Shown here piece by piece: positions 1-9,225 of a DNA stretch of 64,000 nt (positions are counted from its first letter, which is position 1; every line of letters begins with the position of its first letter). Where the stretch lies: the IMG/VR virus record IMGVR_UViG_3300029258_002856; one strand, 5' to 3'. The stretch is from a virus. The position numbers were made by a program, and so were the translations under genes. Below the pieces are notes generated by a model. It searched no databases. It had not been told where the DNA came from and saw nothing but the letters and a program-made list of their open reading frames with translations.

Positions 1-144
1 ACGTGGCTCACTCCCGACCAGGAAACAGTAGAGCGCCTCAAGAAAGCCGAAGCGTACAAGGAAGAACACGGGGTTTGGCCTCCCAATCTCAAGAAAGCTT
101 TCGAGGACCCGGTAGAGGCCAAAAAAAGGGCAGTGGAGAGCTAG
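1..144 (+). CDS. Partial hypothetical protein (C-terminus; start outside window)
   Basis: Frame 1 is open from base 1 (TWLTPDQETVERLKKAEAYKEEHGVWPPNLKKAFEDPVEAKKRAVES) to TAG at 142-144. It is more protein-like than the 3..191 track ORF. Confidence 0.6.
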   Translation, partial: TWLTPDQETVERLKKAEAYKEEHGVWPPNLKKAFEDPVEAKKRAVES

Positions 145-309
145 CGCTAAGCCTCTCCACTACCAGGACTCGCCGAAGGAGGTCAGCGTAACGGCGCTAC
201 AAGAACGCCAGCAGCACGACGAATGGTCTGATTACCATTGCCGCGGCACCTCCCTCGGATTTACAGTCCGAATTCCATATGGGCCTCCTTTCGTCCGAGT
301 CCTTGCATT

Positions 310-318
310 CTTATACCA
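310..318 (-). promoter_or_regulatory. Class B promoter-like motif TGGTATAAG (leftward)
   Basis: Reverse complement of CTTATACCA. It matches the GGTAyAAG motif before accessory cassettes and is followed by an AGGAGG SD on the minus strand. Confidence 0.5.
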
Positions 319-347
319 TTAAGCCTTTACGTCTTCGTATCTCATCT

Positions 348-356
348 CCTATACTT
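348..356 (+). promoter_or_regulatory. Class A promoter-like motif CCTATACTT upstream of RNAP gene
   Basis: The same motif family lies 20-50 nt upstream of starts at 8657, 10331, 17965, 21580, 25253, 31116 and 36621. Confidence 0.55.
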
Positions 357-379
357 CATTTGACTTTTGGAGGAACTCG

Positions 380-3300
380 ATGCCCGAACTTACGCCCATT
401 CTGGTGGACCCAGAGACCCGGCGCGACATGATTCGTGTCAAGGTCTTAGAGGGGTTGAAAGAGTCGTTTCCCCTCAAGGCCCGGAACCGCACTATCGAAG
501 TCGATAACCTCGAAGTCGATACGAAAGAATTCTCATCGACAGACCAGAAGAATGCTCTCTTGCGGGGGGACTCCCTCTTCGAGCGCGTGAAAGGGACGGT
601 TCGTCTCCGCGACAACAAGGGGAAGGTACTGAGCGAGGCATCGAACTTTACGCTAGCTCGCGTCCCATGGTTCACCCCACGCCACACCCTCATCGTAGGC
701 GGCAACGAGTACTCCATTTCCAACATGGTGCGTCCGAAGCCCGGCGTGTACGCACGAAAGCGTGCCAATGGGATTCTGGAAGCGAACTTCAACGTCGTGG
801 GCGGCGCGAACTTCAACGTGAGTATGGACCCCGAAAAGGGTGAACCGCAACTCGAGTACGGCGCGACGAAGGTACCCCTTTACCCCGTATTGCGGAGGGC
901 CGGGGTCAGCCACGAGCGTATCTCGAAAGCGTGGGGGAAGCAGCTGGCCGAAGCGAACTTCAAGAAGCTGTGGAAAAACTCGGGACGCACTATCGACAAG
1001 CTCTACGGGAAAGTCATTCCCGAGTACCGGCGCACTGCCGGTGCGGATACCGAGGCGAAGACGCGGGAAATATTTGCGCGTTACGCCGAAGCGAAGATGG
1101 ACCCCGACGTCAACCGTCAGACCCTCGGCAAGGGATACCGGGAAGTAACCCCCGACAGCCTGTTAGACGCCTCGGGGAAAGTCTTGCGCATCTTCAAGAA
1201 CGCGGACGAGATTGACGACCGGGATAACCTGGACTTCAAGTCCTTCCACTCCGTCGATGATTTCTTCAAAGAGCGTATCAAACTGGACGCACGAGAGATT
1301 GCGCGGAAGGCAGCAATCAAGTCCGAGTCGACTCCGGACGTGAAGCGTATCATCCCCCCTGGTCCGTTTACATCTGGCCTCGTGAAGTTCATCAATAGCT
1401 CCCAGCTTGCGTCAGTTCCTACGCAGACGAATCCCATGGAGCTCATTGACTCCGCGGTGCGCGTCACTTCCCTCGGGGAGGGTGGCATCTCGAGTGAGCG
1501 TGCGATTCCCATGGAAGCACGACAGGTACATGTCACCCAGATGGGAGCGTTGGACCCTATACGCACTCCTGAGTCTTTCCGGGCCGGGATCGATGTCCGC
1601 GCCGCGATGATGGCAAAGCGCGATGCGCGTGGAAACATCTACGTGCCCGTGCTGGACGCGAAAACGCGCCGGGGTAAGTACATCCGCGCAGGGGATTTGC
1701 AACGCTCGGTCGTCGCTTTTCCGGGACAACAGTTGAGGGGACAAGTAGAAGCCCTTGATAACGGTGAAATCAAACGCCTTGCAGCGTCGCGGGTTCAGTA
1801 CCAGATTCCACATGCTTCGGCACTCTATAGCCCCGCGACAAACCTGGTGCCGTTCCTCGAATCAGCACAAGGTAACCGGGCCATCATGGGTTCGAAGATG
1901 CAGGTTCAGGCCCTCTCTCTGGTGGGCCGAGAAGCTCCCATGGTCCAGGTCAAGTCGCAGACGGGGCCTACCTTCGAGCGCATCATGGGTGGGGTCATTA
2001 ACCCAGTCTCCCCGGTGTCTGGGGTGGTCAAGAAAATCGACAAGGACTACATCTACGTCCAACCGGACGGCGAGAAGACCGGAGCCAAGGGCAACAAGTA
2101 TGTAAAGATTCCGTATGAAACCAACTTTCCTCTCGCAGCCAAAACGTACCTTGACCACAAACTTGGAGTACAGAAAGGTGACAAGGTTTCTGCGGGTCAG
2201 CGCTTGGGCGAGTCCAACTTCACGGATAACGGGGTCCTGGCGCTGGGCAAGAATCTGCGCGTAGGCTTCATGGCTTATGACGGGGCGAACTCCAACGATG
2301 CCGTAGTCGTCAGTGAGGGCGGCGCGAAAAAGCTCACGTCCGAGCGCATGTACAAAATCGTGGTCCCTCGAGACCCGGACTTGACATTCAGCCGGGACAA
2401 GCACCGCACTTACTATGGACACGGATATACCAAGGACCAATACAAGCCTATCGATAAAGAAGGCGTGATTGCGCCGGGTACGCAGATTAATCCAGGTGAC
2501 CCCCTCGTCATGGGACTTCGCAAGACACAGCTCACCGCGGATGACGTACTTCTTGGACGGCTGCACAAGTCACTGGCGCGTCCGTTCCGTGAGAACGTAC
2601 ATGATTGGGACCATGACCACCCTGGCGAAGTCGTGGACGTCGTGAAGACGCCCAAGCGAATCGCCATTACTGTCAAGACACGAGAACCTGCTGGCATCGG
2701 AGACAAGGTTGCTGGGCGCTACGGCAATAAAGGGGTCATCTCGCAAATCGTTCCCGACGACCAGATGGTGCGAGACGAGAAGGATAGGCCTATCGACATC
2801 CTGATGACTCCCGCCGGGGTGGTATCTCGTATCAACCCGAGTCAGATTATCGAGACTGCCGTGGGGAAGGTCGCGGAGAAGACCGGAAAGCCGATTGCCG
2901 TAGAGAACTTCTCTGGGCGCAACAACGTTCAATGGGCCAAGGATTTACTCAAGAAACACGGACTCAAAGACAAGGAAACGGTGTACGACCCGCGTACCGG
3001 GCGCAAGATTCCCGGGGTGCTTGTTGGGCGGCAATATATCATGAAGCTCTTCAAGTCCACGGACACCAACTACTCAGCACGGGGCATCGAGAATTACGAC
3101 GTAAACCAGCAACCAGCTAAGGGGGGTACTCAGAGCGCCAAGGTGCTGGGTCGTATGGAGTTCGACGCGCTCCTCTCCCATGGAGCACGGAACGTCTTAC
3201 GAGAAGCCGCAACTCTGAAGAGCCAAAAGAATGACGAGTGGTGGCGCAACATGCAGCTCGGATACCCTACGCCACCTCCAAAGACCACTTTCGCTACTGA

Positions 3301-4732
3301 CAAGTTCCTTACGATGCTTACCGGGGCCGGAGTGCGCGTCGACCGGGAGAAGAACCAGCTTGCACTTGCCCCTCTCACGGACGCGGACACCTTGAAGCTC
3401 TCCTCAGGAGAAATCAAGGACGCCAAGTTGGTGCGTGCCAAGGACTTGAAGCCCGAGCGTGGCGGACTCTTCGACCCCGCAGTTACCGGGGGCGTTCGCG
3501 GAGGAAAATGGTCCCACGTCGCTTTAGCGGAGCCGGTGGTCAACCCCGTATTCCGTGACCCTGTTCGACGTCTCCTGGGGATGACTAACTCCCAACTAGA
3601 CCAGGCTATCCGGGAGAAGGGTGCGCGGCACATCAAGCGCGAACTCGGAAAGCTGGACCTGGATACCAGGGAAAAAGAACTCTACAAATCTCTCCGGGGA
3701 CGTAAAGGTTCTGCGCTGGATAACGATGTCAAGCAGCTCAAATATATCAAGGCTCTCAAGAAGCAGGGCCTCACTCCAGGTGACGCCTACGTCATTTCCA
3801 AAGTGCCAGTGGTGCCCCCAGTAGTGCGCCCAATCCTTCCCGGTAAAGGCGGCCAGGAACTCATCTACGGGGACATCAACCCTCTCTACCGCGACCTCGT
3901 GTACTTGAACAACCAGTTCAAAGATGTCAAGCAGTCCAAGCTGCTGCCCGACGAAGAGCAGCGTTTACGGCCTGCGTTGCAACAAGCAGTCGGGGCAGTT
4001 TACGGGGTAAATGACCCTATCACTGCCAAGTCCAAAGCGCGGGGGCACAAGGGGTTCCTCACATATATCTCCGGTAAGGGAAGTCCCAAGTTCGGGTACT
4101 TCCACTCTAAACTCATGCGCCGTACACAGGACGTATCTGGCCGCGGCACCATTGTTCCCGATGTAACGCTCGGCATGGATGAAGTGGGCCTCCCTGAAGA
4201 TATGCTGTGGTCCATGTACGGGAAATTCACCACCAAACGTCTGGTGGAGAAGGGTTACCAACCTCTTCAGGCCCAGCAGATGATTCAGGAGAAACATCCG
4301 GCTGCGCGAGAGGCGATGCTGCGAGAGGCCAAAGATAGGCCGGTGATGATTAACCGGGCTCCTACTCTTCACCGCTACAACATGATTGGGGCGTACGCCA
4401 GACCGATTCCGGGCAAGACCATTCGGGTCAATCCGTTCCTTGAGAAAGGAATGAACGCGGACTACGACGGCGATACGATGATGGTTCATGTGCCGGTGCA
4501 GTCCAAAGCTGTTGACGATGTGAAGAAGATGACGCTCTCCAACTTACTCTTCGGAGACAAGTCCCGGGATGAGCTCATGGTCTTCCCGCAGCACGAAGCC
4601 ATCATGGGTATCGCACATGCATCTGAGCAGGATTCCGGAGGCGTAGTTAAAAAATTTAAGACTCGGGGTGAAGCGATGAAGGCGTACCATGAAGGTAAAA
4701 TTGGATTAGGGACGCGAGTGAAAATAGGTTAG
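380..4732 (+). CDS. rpoB-rpoC(N): Phage multisubunit RNA polymerase: beta subunit fused to N-terminal/catalytic part of beta'
   Basis: Beta motifs: SLGEGGIS, GNRAIMGSKMQVQA, GDKVAGRYGNKGVIS, RINPSQ, GRMEFDALLSHGA. Beta' motifs follow: KPERGGLFDP, RTQDVSGRGTIVPD, NRAPTLHR and catalytic NADYDGD (nt 4454-4474). SD GGAGG. Confidence 0.95.
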   Translation: MPELTPILVDPETRRDMIRVKVLEGLKESFPLKARNRTIEVDNLEVDTKEFSSTDQKNALLRGDSLFERVKGTVRLRDNKGKVLSEASNFTLARVPWFTPRHTLIVGGNEYSISNMVRPKPGVYARKRANGILEANFNVVGGANFNVSMDPEKGEPQLEYGATKVPLYPVLRRAGVSHERISKAWGKQLAEANFKKLWKNSGRTIDKLYGKVIPEYRRTAGADTEAKTREIFARYAEAKMDPDVNRQTLGKGYREVTPDSLLDASGKVLRIFKNADEIDDRDNLDFKSFHSVDDFFKERIKLDAREIARKAAIKSESTPDVKRIIPPGPFTSGLVKFINSSQLASVPTQTNPMELIDSAVRVTSLGEGGISSERAIPMEARQVHVTQMGALDPIRTPESFRAGIDVRAAMMAKRDARGNIYVPVLDAKTRRGKYIRAGDLQRSVVAFPGQQLRGQVEALDNGEIKRLAASRVQYQIPHASALYSPATNLVPFLESAQGNRAIMGSKMQVQALSLVGREAPMVQVKSQTGPTFERIMGGVINPVSPVSGVVKKIDKDYIYVQPDGEKTGAKGNKYVKIPYETNFPLAAKTYLDHKLGVQKGDKVSAGQRLGESNFTDNGVLALGKNLRVGFMAYDGANSNDAVVVSEGGAKKLTSERMYKIVVPRDPDLTFSRDKHRTYYGHGYTKDQYKPIDKEGVIAPGTQINPGDPLVMGLRKTQLTADDVLLGRLHKSLARPFRENVHDWDHDHPGEVVDVVKTPKRIAITVKTREPAGIGDKVAGRYGNKGVISQIVPDDQMVRDEKDRPIDILMTPAGVVSRINPSQIIETAVGKVAEKTGKPIAVENFSGRNNVQWAKDLLKKHGLKDKETVYDPRTGRKIPGVLVGRQYIMKLFKSTDTNYSARGIENYDVNQQPAKGGTQSAKVLGRMEFDALLSHGARNVLREAATLKSQKNDEWWRNMQLGYPTPPPKTTFATDKFLTMLTGAGVRVDREKNQLALAPLTDADTLKLSSGEIKDAKLVRAKDLKPERGGLFDPAVTGGVRGGKWSHVALAEPVVNPVFRDPVRRLLGMTNSQLDQAIREKGARHIKRELGKLDLDTREKELYKSLRGRKGSALDNDVKQLKYIKALKKQGLTPGDAYVISKVPVVPPVVRPILPGKGGQELIYGDINPLYRDLVYLNNQFKDVKQSKLLPDEEQRLRPALQQAVGAVYGVNDPITAKSKARGHKGFLTYISGKGSPKFGYFHSKLMRRTQDVSGRGTIVPDVTLGMDEVGLPEDMLWSMYGKFTTKRLVEKGYQPLQAQQMIQEKHPAAREAMLREAKDRPVMINRAPTLHRYNMIGAYARPIPGKTIRVNPFLEKGMNADYDGDTMMVHVPVQSKAVDDVKKMTLSNLLFGDKSRDELMVFPQHEAIMGIAHASEQDSGGVVKKFKTRGEAMKAYHEGKIGLGTRVKIG

Positions 4733-6229
4733 ATGCCTTACGCCTCACCAGCACAACGCGCCGCAGTCTGGGCCAAACGCAATGCGCAAGCAGTCCTGAC
4801 TTCGGGAAACCCTGTCACCAAGCAGGAAGTGCACGATTACTACTCTAACCCGGTCATTAAGCAGCGTGTCTTGGCAGCCCTGGCAAACCGGGACCTTTTG
4901 GCAATCCAGTCAAGAAGCCCGGATGAGCAAATCGTCAGGCGCTACCGCAAGAAGAATGAGCCCATTCGTGTTGAGAACCCCGAGGACCTCGACTGGTATT
5001 CCTCTCGACGCTACACCGAGTTCCATCCTACGGTCGGGGAGAAGACGGATGAGGTCTGGGTGGATATCGACCCGGGCAAAAACAAGAATACCGAGGACAC
5101 CAAGGGTCCTACAAAATTTGTCTATGACCTCCTACGCACCATCCCCGCAGTCAAAGCCGTTGAGCTGGCGTTTTCTGGTGGGCGGGGATTTCATGTGCGT
5201 GGAAAACTAGATAAGCCTCGACCGACCAATGAAGCCCGTGGAATGCTCCAGGAGTATCTGAAACAGCTCCCTGAACGGCATACGGAACTCACGCTCAAGA
5301 CGCCGAGGCCAGATGAGATTCGGTTGGATGTCTCTACCTTGCACCCAAAAGGCTCTATCCGGGCTCCGTATTCTCTCAACGCAGAGACGGGTCTCGTAGC
5401 AGTACCGCTCGTTCCATCTCAGCTCGAGAAGTTCAACCCGCAGAAAGATGCGACACCACAAACGGTGTTGGGCAAGACCGAGTTCGCTCCCGGTATCCCT
5501 CAAGAGCGAAAAACATACCCCCTCCCCGATTTCAAGCGACCGAAAACTTGGACTCTCGCAATCCAAGAACACGATGCGCAACGGGCCGGGAAGCATTGGG
5601 ACCTTCGCCTCGTCGACCCTCGAACAACGCATGCCCACTCCTGGGCAGTGCCAAAGGCGCAGTTCCCGCAAGGCAATAGCCCGCTTCTGGCGGTACAGAC
5701 TCCGACACATACGGCGAGGTACGCTCTCACCTTCGGGGAACGCAAACCCAAGGAGATTCGGAAGGGGTATGGAAAGGGCGTCGTTCAAATTTTGCACAAG
5801 GAACCTGTAAAGGTCTTGTCGTCTTCGCCCGATAAAATTAAATTTGAGAGAGACGTGGACGGAAATCCGGAGAGGTACATGCTGTTCAAGTCAAAAGAAA
5901 ATTCATGGTTGATGCGCCGAATCAAAGAAGCGGGGCGTGCAGCTATGCTCAAGAAGTTGGGCGTCGACAAGAGTAAATTCGTGGGCAAGAAACCCTCTAA
6001 CACCGAGCTGGAAACCCCAATGGATGTCGAGGATGAGGGGCTCCCGGCAGGACAGCTTGCTCGTGCCCTCTCGGATATACCGACGGCTGCGGGGCGAGAG
6101 AACCGTGATGCTCAAGGCACTGATGATGTGGAGGGACGCCTCAACCGCACGACGACTTGGACTGAGCCTGACCACATCCCGATTGACTACGCTCAGGGTC
6201 CGTCGCCGGTTATGCCGGGGAAATTCTAA
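4733..6229 (+). CDS. LigD-like primase-polymerase (AEP) + 3'-phosphoesterase fusion, no ligase domain
   Basis: AEP motifs VWVDIDP, FSGGRGFHV, IRAPYSL. PE motifs EHDAQRAGKHWDLRL, HSWAVPK, LAVQTPTH, GYGKGVV. No KxDG adenylation domain seen. Confidence 0.85.
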   Translation: MPYASPAQRAAVWAKRNAQAVLTSGNPVTKQEVHDYYSNPVIKQRVLAALANRDLLAIQSRSPDEQIVRRYRKKNEPIRVENPEDLDWYSSRRYTEFHPTVGEKTDEVWVDIDPGKNKNTEDTKGPTKFVYDLLRTIPAVKAVELAFSGGRGFHVRGKLDKPRPTNEARGMLQEYLKQLPERHTELTLKTPRPDEIRLDVSTLHPKGSIRAPYSLNAETGLVAVPLVPSQLEKFNPQKDATPQTVLGKTEFAPGIPQERKTYPLPDFKRPKTWTLAIQEHDAQRAGKHWDLRLVDPRTTHAHSWAVPKAQFPQGNSPLLAVQTPTHTARYALTFGERKPKEIRKGYGKGVVQILHKEPVKVLSSSPDKIKFERDVDGNPERYMLFKSKENSWLMRRIKEAGRAAMLKKLGVDKSKFVGKKPSNTELETPMDVEDEGLPAGQLARALSDIPTAAGRENRDAQGTDDVEGRLNRTTTWTEPDHIPIDYAQGPSPVMPGKF

Positions 6230-8028
6230 TGGCTGAAGGTCAACCGTTCGGGCGCTGGCTCTTGAATACCCAGTTGCCTTCTGGGTTCAAGGTCAACTCC
6301 CCCGTGGGAAAGAAGCGCCTCAACCAAATGATGAATGACCTGGCGCGCAAGGACCCTACGCAATACACCACGACTATTGCAGGCCTTAAACGTCTAGGCG
6401 ATGAGCTTGCGACGCAGGAAGGCCTCTCCATCGGGCTGGATGACATCGAGCCTGAATACCGGAAACGGGATGCGCAGATGCGTCCCTTCCGTCAGAAGTT
6501 TCAGGCGGCACGTACAACCGCACAGAAGCGCCAGATACTGGAGCAGCTCCACGGAAAAATTACTGATGCCGCCATGAAGCACCGCGGGAGTCTCACGCAG
6601 CAAGTACAGAGCGGTGCTCGCGGTTCTCCCACTCAGTACATGAAGATTGTCGGTAGCCCGGTATACGCTCGGGATGCCAATGGAAAAGTTACTCCTTGGC
6701 TCATCCCACGTTCCTACAGTGAAGGGTTATCGGCTGCTGACTACTGGGCTGCGGGCAACGAAGCTATCTCGGATACCATCAAGTCGAGCACTGCGGTGTC
6801 CGAGCCCGGAGAGCTGTCCAAGATTCTCATTAACAACATGAACGATATCGTGGTGACCGAACAGGATTGCGGAACGGTCAATGGTATCCTCATGGACCCC
6901 AAAAACCCCGATGTTCAAGACCGTTATCTGGCTCGCAGTGAAGGGGGAGTGCGGAAAGACACCCTCATCAGTCCACAGGTGCAAGCCCGACTGGCCAAGA
7001 GCAAGAAGAAAATCCTGGTGCGTTCGCCGATGACTTGTGAGGCCGGTGATGGGGTCTGCCAGAAGTGCCAGGGTCTCAATGAGCGCGGGAACCTTCACAC
7101 AGTAGGCACCAATGTTGGCATCCGAGCAGCCCAGGCCATGGCGGAACCGCTCACCCAGTTCGCCCTCAATGCGAAGCATGGTGTTCGTACGGCCAAGAGC
7201 GACCGCTTGCAAGTTCACGGCATGCAGGGCTTTCGCCAGATGACAGAATCACCTCGGCAGTTCATGAACAAGGCGACCCTGGCAGGGGAAGAAGGGAAGG
7301 TCACGAAGATTGAGAAGGCCCCGCAAGGAGGACATTTCGTCTACGTCGGCAGCACCAAACATTACGTGACTCCCAACATCAACGTTGTGGCCAAGGTGGG
7401 ACAGAAGGTCGAACGCGGAGACGCGCTGAGCGGTGGGATACCCAAGCCAGATGAGGTGGTAGCCTTCAAAGGTTTGGGAGCTGGACGTCGATATATGGTC
7501 GATACGTTGAAGGAACTCTACAAGAACCAAGGACGTAATCTCGACCAACGACACTTCGAGCTGTTGGCCAAAGGCGAACTCAATCACGTACGTATCGTGG
7601 ATGACCCAGGTAGGAACTTCATTCCCGGCGATATTGTAGATTACAATCACTTCCGTTCGATTTTACGGGGTAATACGAAGACTCTTCCATTGACGCAAGC
7701 GCGCGGGGAGACCCTCGGGAAAGAGCACCTCCACTTCTCCGCCGGGACTCGTGTGACTCCTTCGGTGGAGCGGGCACTCCACAAAGAGAAAATCAAGGAT
7801 GTCATCATTGCACCCCGGGCTCCTGAGGTTGAGTTTGTGATGAAGCCCGCTACTAGAGCCCCGCTTCTTAACCCAGATTGGATGGCTCGTTTGGCGCACC
7901 GGAACCTGAAGACAACGCTTCAACAAGCTGCGCACTTTGGTGATGTTACGAATGTCCACGGAACAAATCCCATCCCGGCCTATGTTTTTGGCGTAGAATT
8001 TGGGCAGGGAGAAGAGGGACGATACTGA
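6229..8028 (+). CDS. rpoC(C): RNA polymerase beta' C-terminal subunit (RpoC2-like)
   Basis: GLSIGLDDI; bridge-helix region YSEGLSAADY...DIVVTEQDCGT; Zn site SPMTCEAGDGVCQKCQG; trigger loop AAQAMAEPLTQ...KHG; WMARLAH. Confidence 0.93.
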   Translation: MAEGQPFGRWLLNTQLPSGFKVNSPVGKKRLNQMMNDLARKDPTQYTTTIAGLKRLGDELATQEGLSIGLDDIEPEYRKRDAQMRPFRQKFQAARTTAQKRQILEQLHGKITDAAMKHRGSLTQQVQSGARGSPTQYMKIVGSPVYARDANGKVTPWLIPRSYSEGLSAADYWAAGNEAISDTIKSSTAVSEPGELSKILINNMNDIVVTEQDCGTVNGILMDPKNPDVQDRYLARSEGGVRKDTLISPQVQARLAKSKKKILVRSPMTCEAGDGVCQKCQGLNERGNLHTVGTNVGIRAAQAMAEPLTQFALNAKHGVRTAKSDRLQVHGMQGFRQMTESPRQFMNKATLAGEEGKVTKIEKAPQGGHFVYVGSTKHYVTPNINVVAKVGQKVERGDALSGGIPKPDEVVAFKGLGAGRRYMVDTLKELYKNQGRNLDQRHFELLAKGELNHVRIVDDPGRNFIPGDIVDYNHFRSILRGNTKTLPLTQARGETLGKEHLHFSAGTRVTPSVERALHKEKIKDVIIAPRAPEVEFVMKPATRAPLLNPDWMARLAHRNLKTTLQQAAHFGDVTNVHGTNPIPAYVFGVEFGQGEEGRY

Positions 8029-8576
8029 TGTCGAATTTCGAAGCAGGCTACAACGCTACACTAGCCTCTCTGGGAATAACCAAGGAGGCTCGCATCTGGC
8101 CCGCACTTCGAGGATTCGGGCAGAGGTTCGCCAAAAACTTCAAGCAAATTGCCGTTGGGAGTCCCCTCCAGGCCACGAAAGAAATCATGGCTGGGAAGGC
8201 TCTGAAGCCCGGAGGACTTATTCGAGCGGGATTCGACCCCGGAAAAGGCAAGATGGGACTTCTGATGGGTGGCCTCTTCTACGGGCTCCCGGCCTATCAA
8301 GCGTACAAGGTATATAAGAGCGATGCTCCGAACAAGGCTGAAGAAATCGGCAAGATTCTCGGGGGGACCGCTGCTGGCCTGGGGACCTGGCGTGCTTACG
8401 GGATGTTGGGGTCTATGTTGGCGACGCCAATAGGCGAGCGTCTCGGTGGGGCAGCAGGACGATTAGGACAAACGCTGGCCGGAAAACCTGTTCCGAAAGA
8501 AGCCCCGCCCCCTCCGCCTCCCCGCACAGGGATGTTGCCAGCGCAACCTCAATATGGGATGTACCCCTATTACTAG
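8028..8576 (+). CDS. Basic Gly-rich putative virion internal/membrane-active protein
   Basis: N-terminal G-x4-L-x3-G motif then KEA, hydrophobic Gly-rich segments and a P/Q/Y-rich tail. Confidence 0.6.
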   Translation: MSNFEAGYNATLASLGITKEARIWPALRGFGQRFAKNFKQIAVGSPLQATKEIMAGKALKPGGLIRAGFDPGKGKMGLLMGGLFYGLPAYQAYKVYKSDAPNKAEEIGKILGGTAAGLGTWRAYGMLGSMLATPIGERLGGAAGRLGQTLAGKPVPKEAPPPPPPRTGMLPAQPQYGMYPYY

Positions 8577-8600
8577 GGGTTGGGTTTTTTACAAAGGCGG

Positions 8601-8609
8601 CATATACTT
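8601..8609 (+). promoter_or_regulatory. Class A promoter-like motif CATATACTT
   Basis: Intergenic, upstream of SD AGGAG and ATG 8657. Confidence 0.45.
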
Positions 8610-8656
8610 CACGGTGAGTTTTAACCGATCACCGGTCAAAAAGGAGAGGTAGACAA

Positions 8657-9208
8657 ATGAATCACCAGCAACTTCTTGAGCAAGTCAAGTTGGCTTACGC
8701 TTACGGCGCAAGCGTGGCGCTTCAGGAAGCTGGCGTGGACCAGGCTACTGCGGAGCAGGCCGGGATCAAGCTGGCTGAGGAAGCCGTTACCCAAGAGAAG
8801 CGAGCCGAAGAAGACGAAGAGGGTATCCACCCGGCGCTCCTGGCTCTCCTGGGTGCCGGTGGCGGCGCGGCCCTCGGCGCAGGCGCGGGGGGACTCGTCG
8901 GCAAGCTGACGGGTAAGAACCTGCTTTCACGGGGCATGCGGCCACTAGGTAAGGCCGTTGACCGTCTCGGTGGTCCCGCGAATGTGCCCAGCGTACCGTC
9001 TGGCGGCCTCATCGACACCAAGAAACTCCAAGCGTTGCAAGAGGCGGCACAACTGTCACCGAAGGAGCAGCTGGCGAACAAGCTGCACGACCTCCTGATG
9101 GGTGCGGGTCGCATGGGCTCCATTCGTGGCAGTGCGGCGGCGGGCGCGGGAATGGGCGGTGTCGCGGGTGGTACGGCGGGCGGCTTGCTCGGCGGATTGC
9201 AGGACTAA
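8657..9208 (+). CDS. Gly/Ala-rich putative virion protein with hydrophobic segments
   Basis: SD AGGAG; KLA motifs; glycine-zipper-like segments (LLGAGGGAALGAGAGG, AAAGAGMGGVAGGTAGG). Confidence 0.6.
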   Translation: MNHQQLLEQVKLAYAYGASVALQEAGVDQATAEQAGIKLAEEAVTQEKRAEEDEEGIHPALLALLGAGGGAALGAGAGGLVGKLTGKNLLSRGMRPLGKAVDRLGGPANVPSVPSGGLIDTKKLQALQEAAQLSPKEQLANKLHDLLMGAGRMGSIRGSAAAGAGMGGVAGGTAGGLLGGLQD

Positions 9209-9225
9209 GGGCGGCTAAAGAGGAG

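Noticed and set aside
3-191. Track ORF 3..191
   Set aside because: It is Arg/Ser-rich and lacks a credible start; frame 1 (1..144) gives a more protein-like partial gene.
380-8028. Cellular chromosome rpoBC locus
   Set aside because: The subunits are highly divergent and compact, no ribosomal-protein neighbours are present, and the genes adjoin protease, capsid and tail genes, so they are viral.
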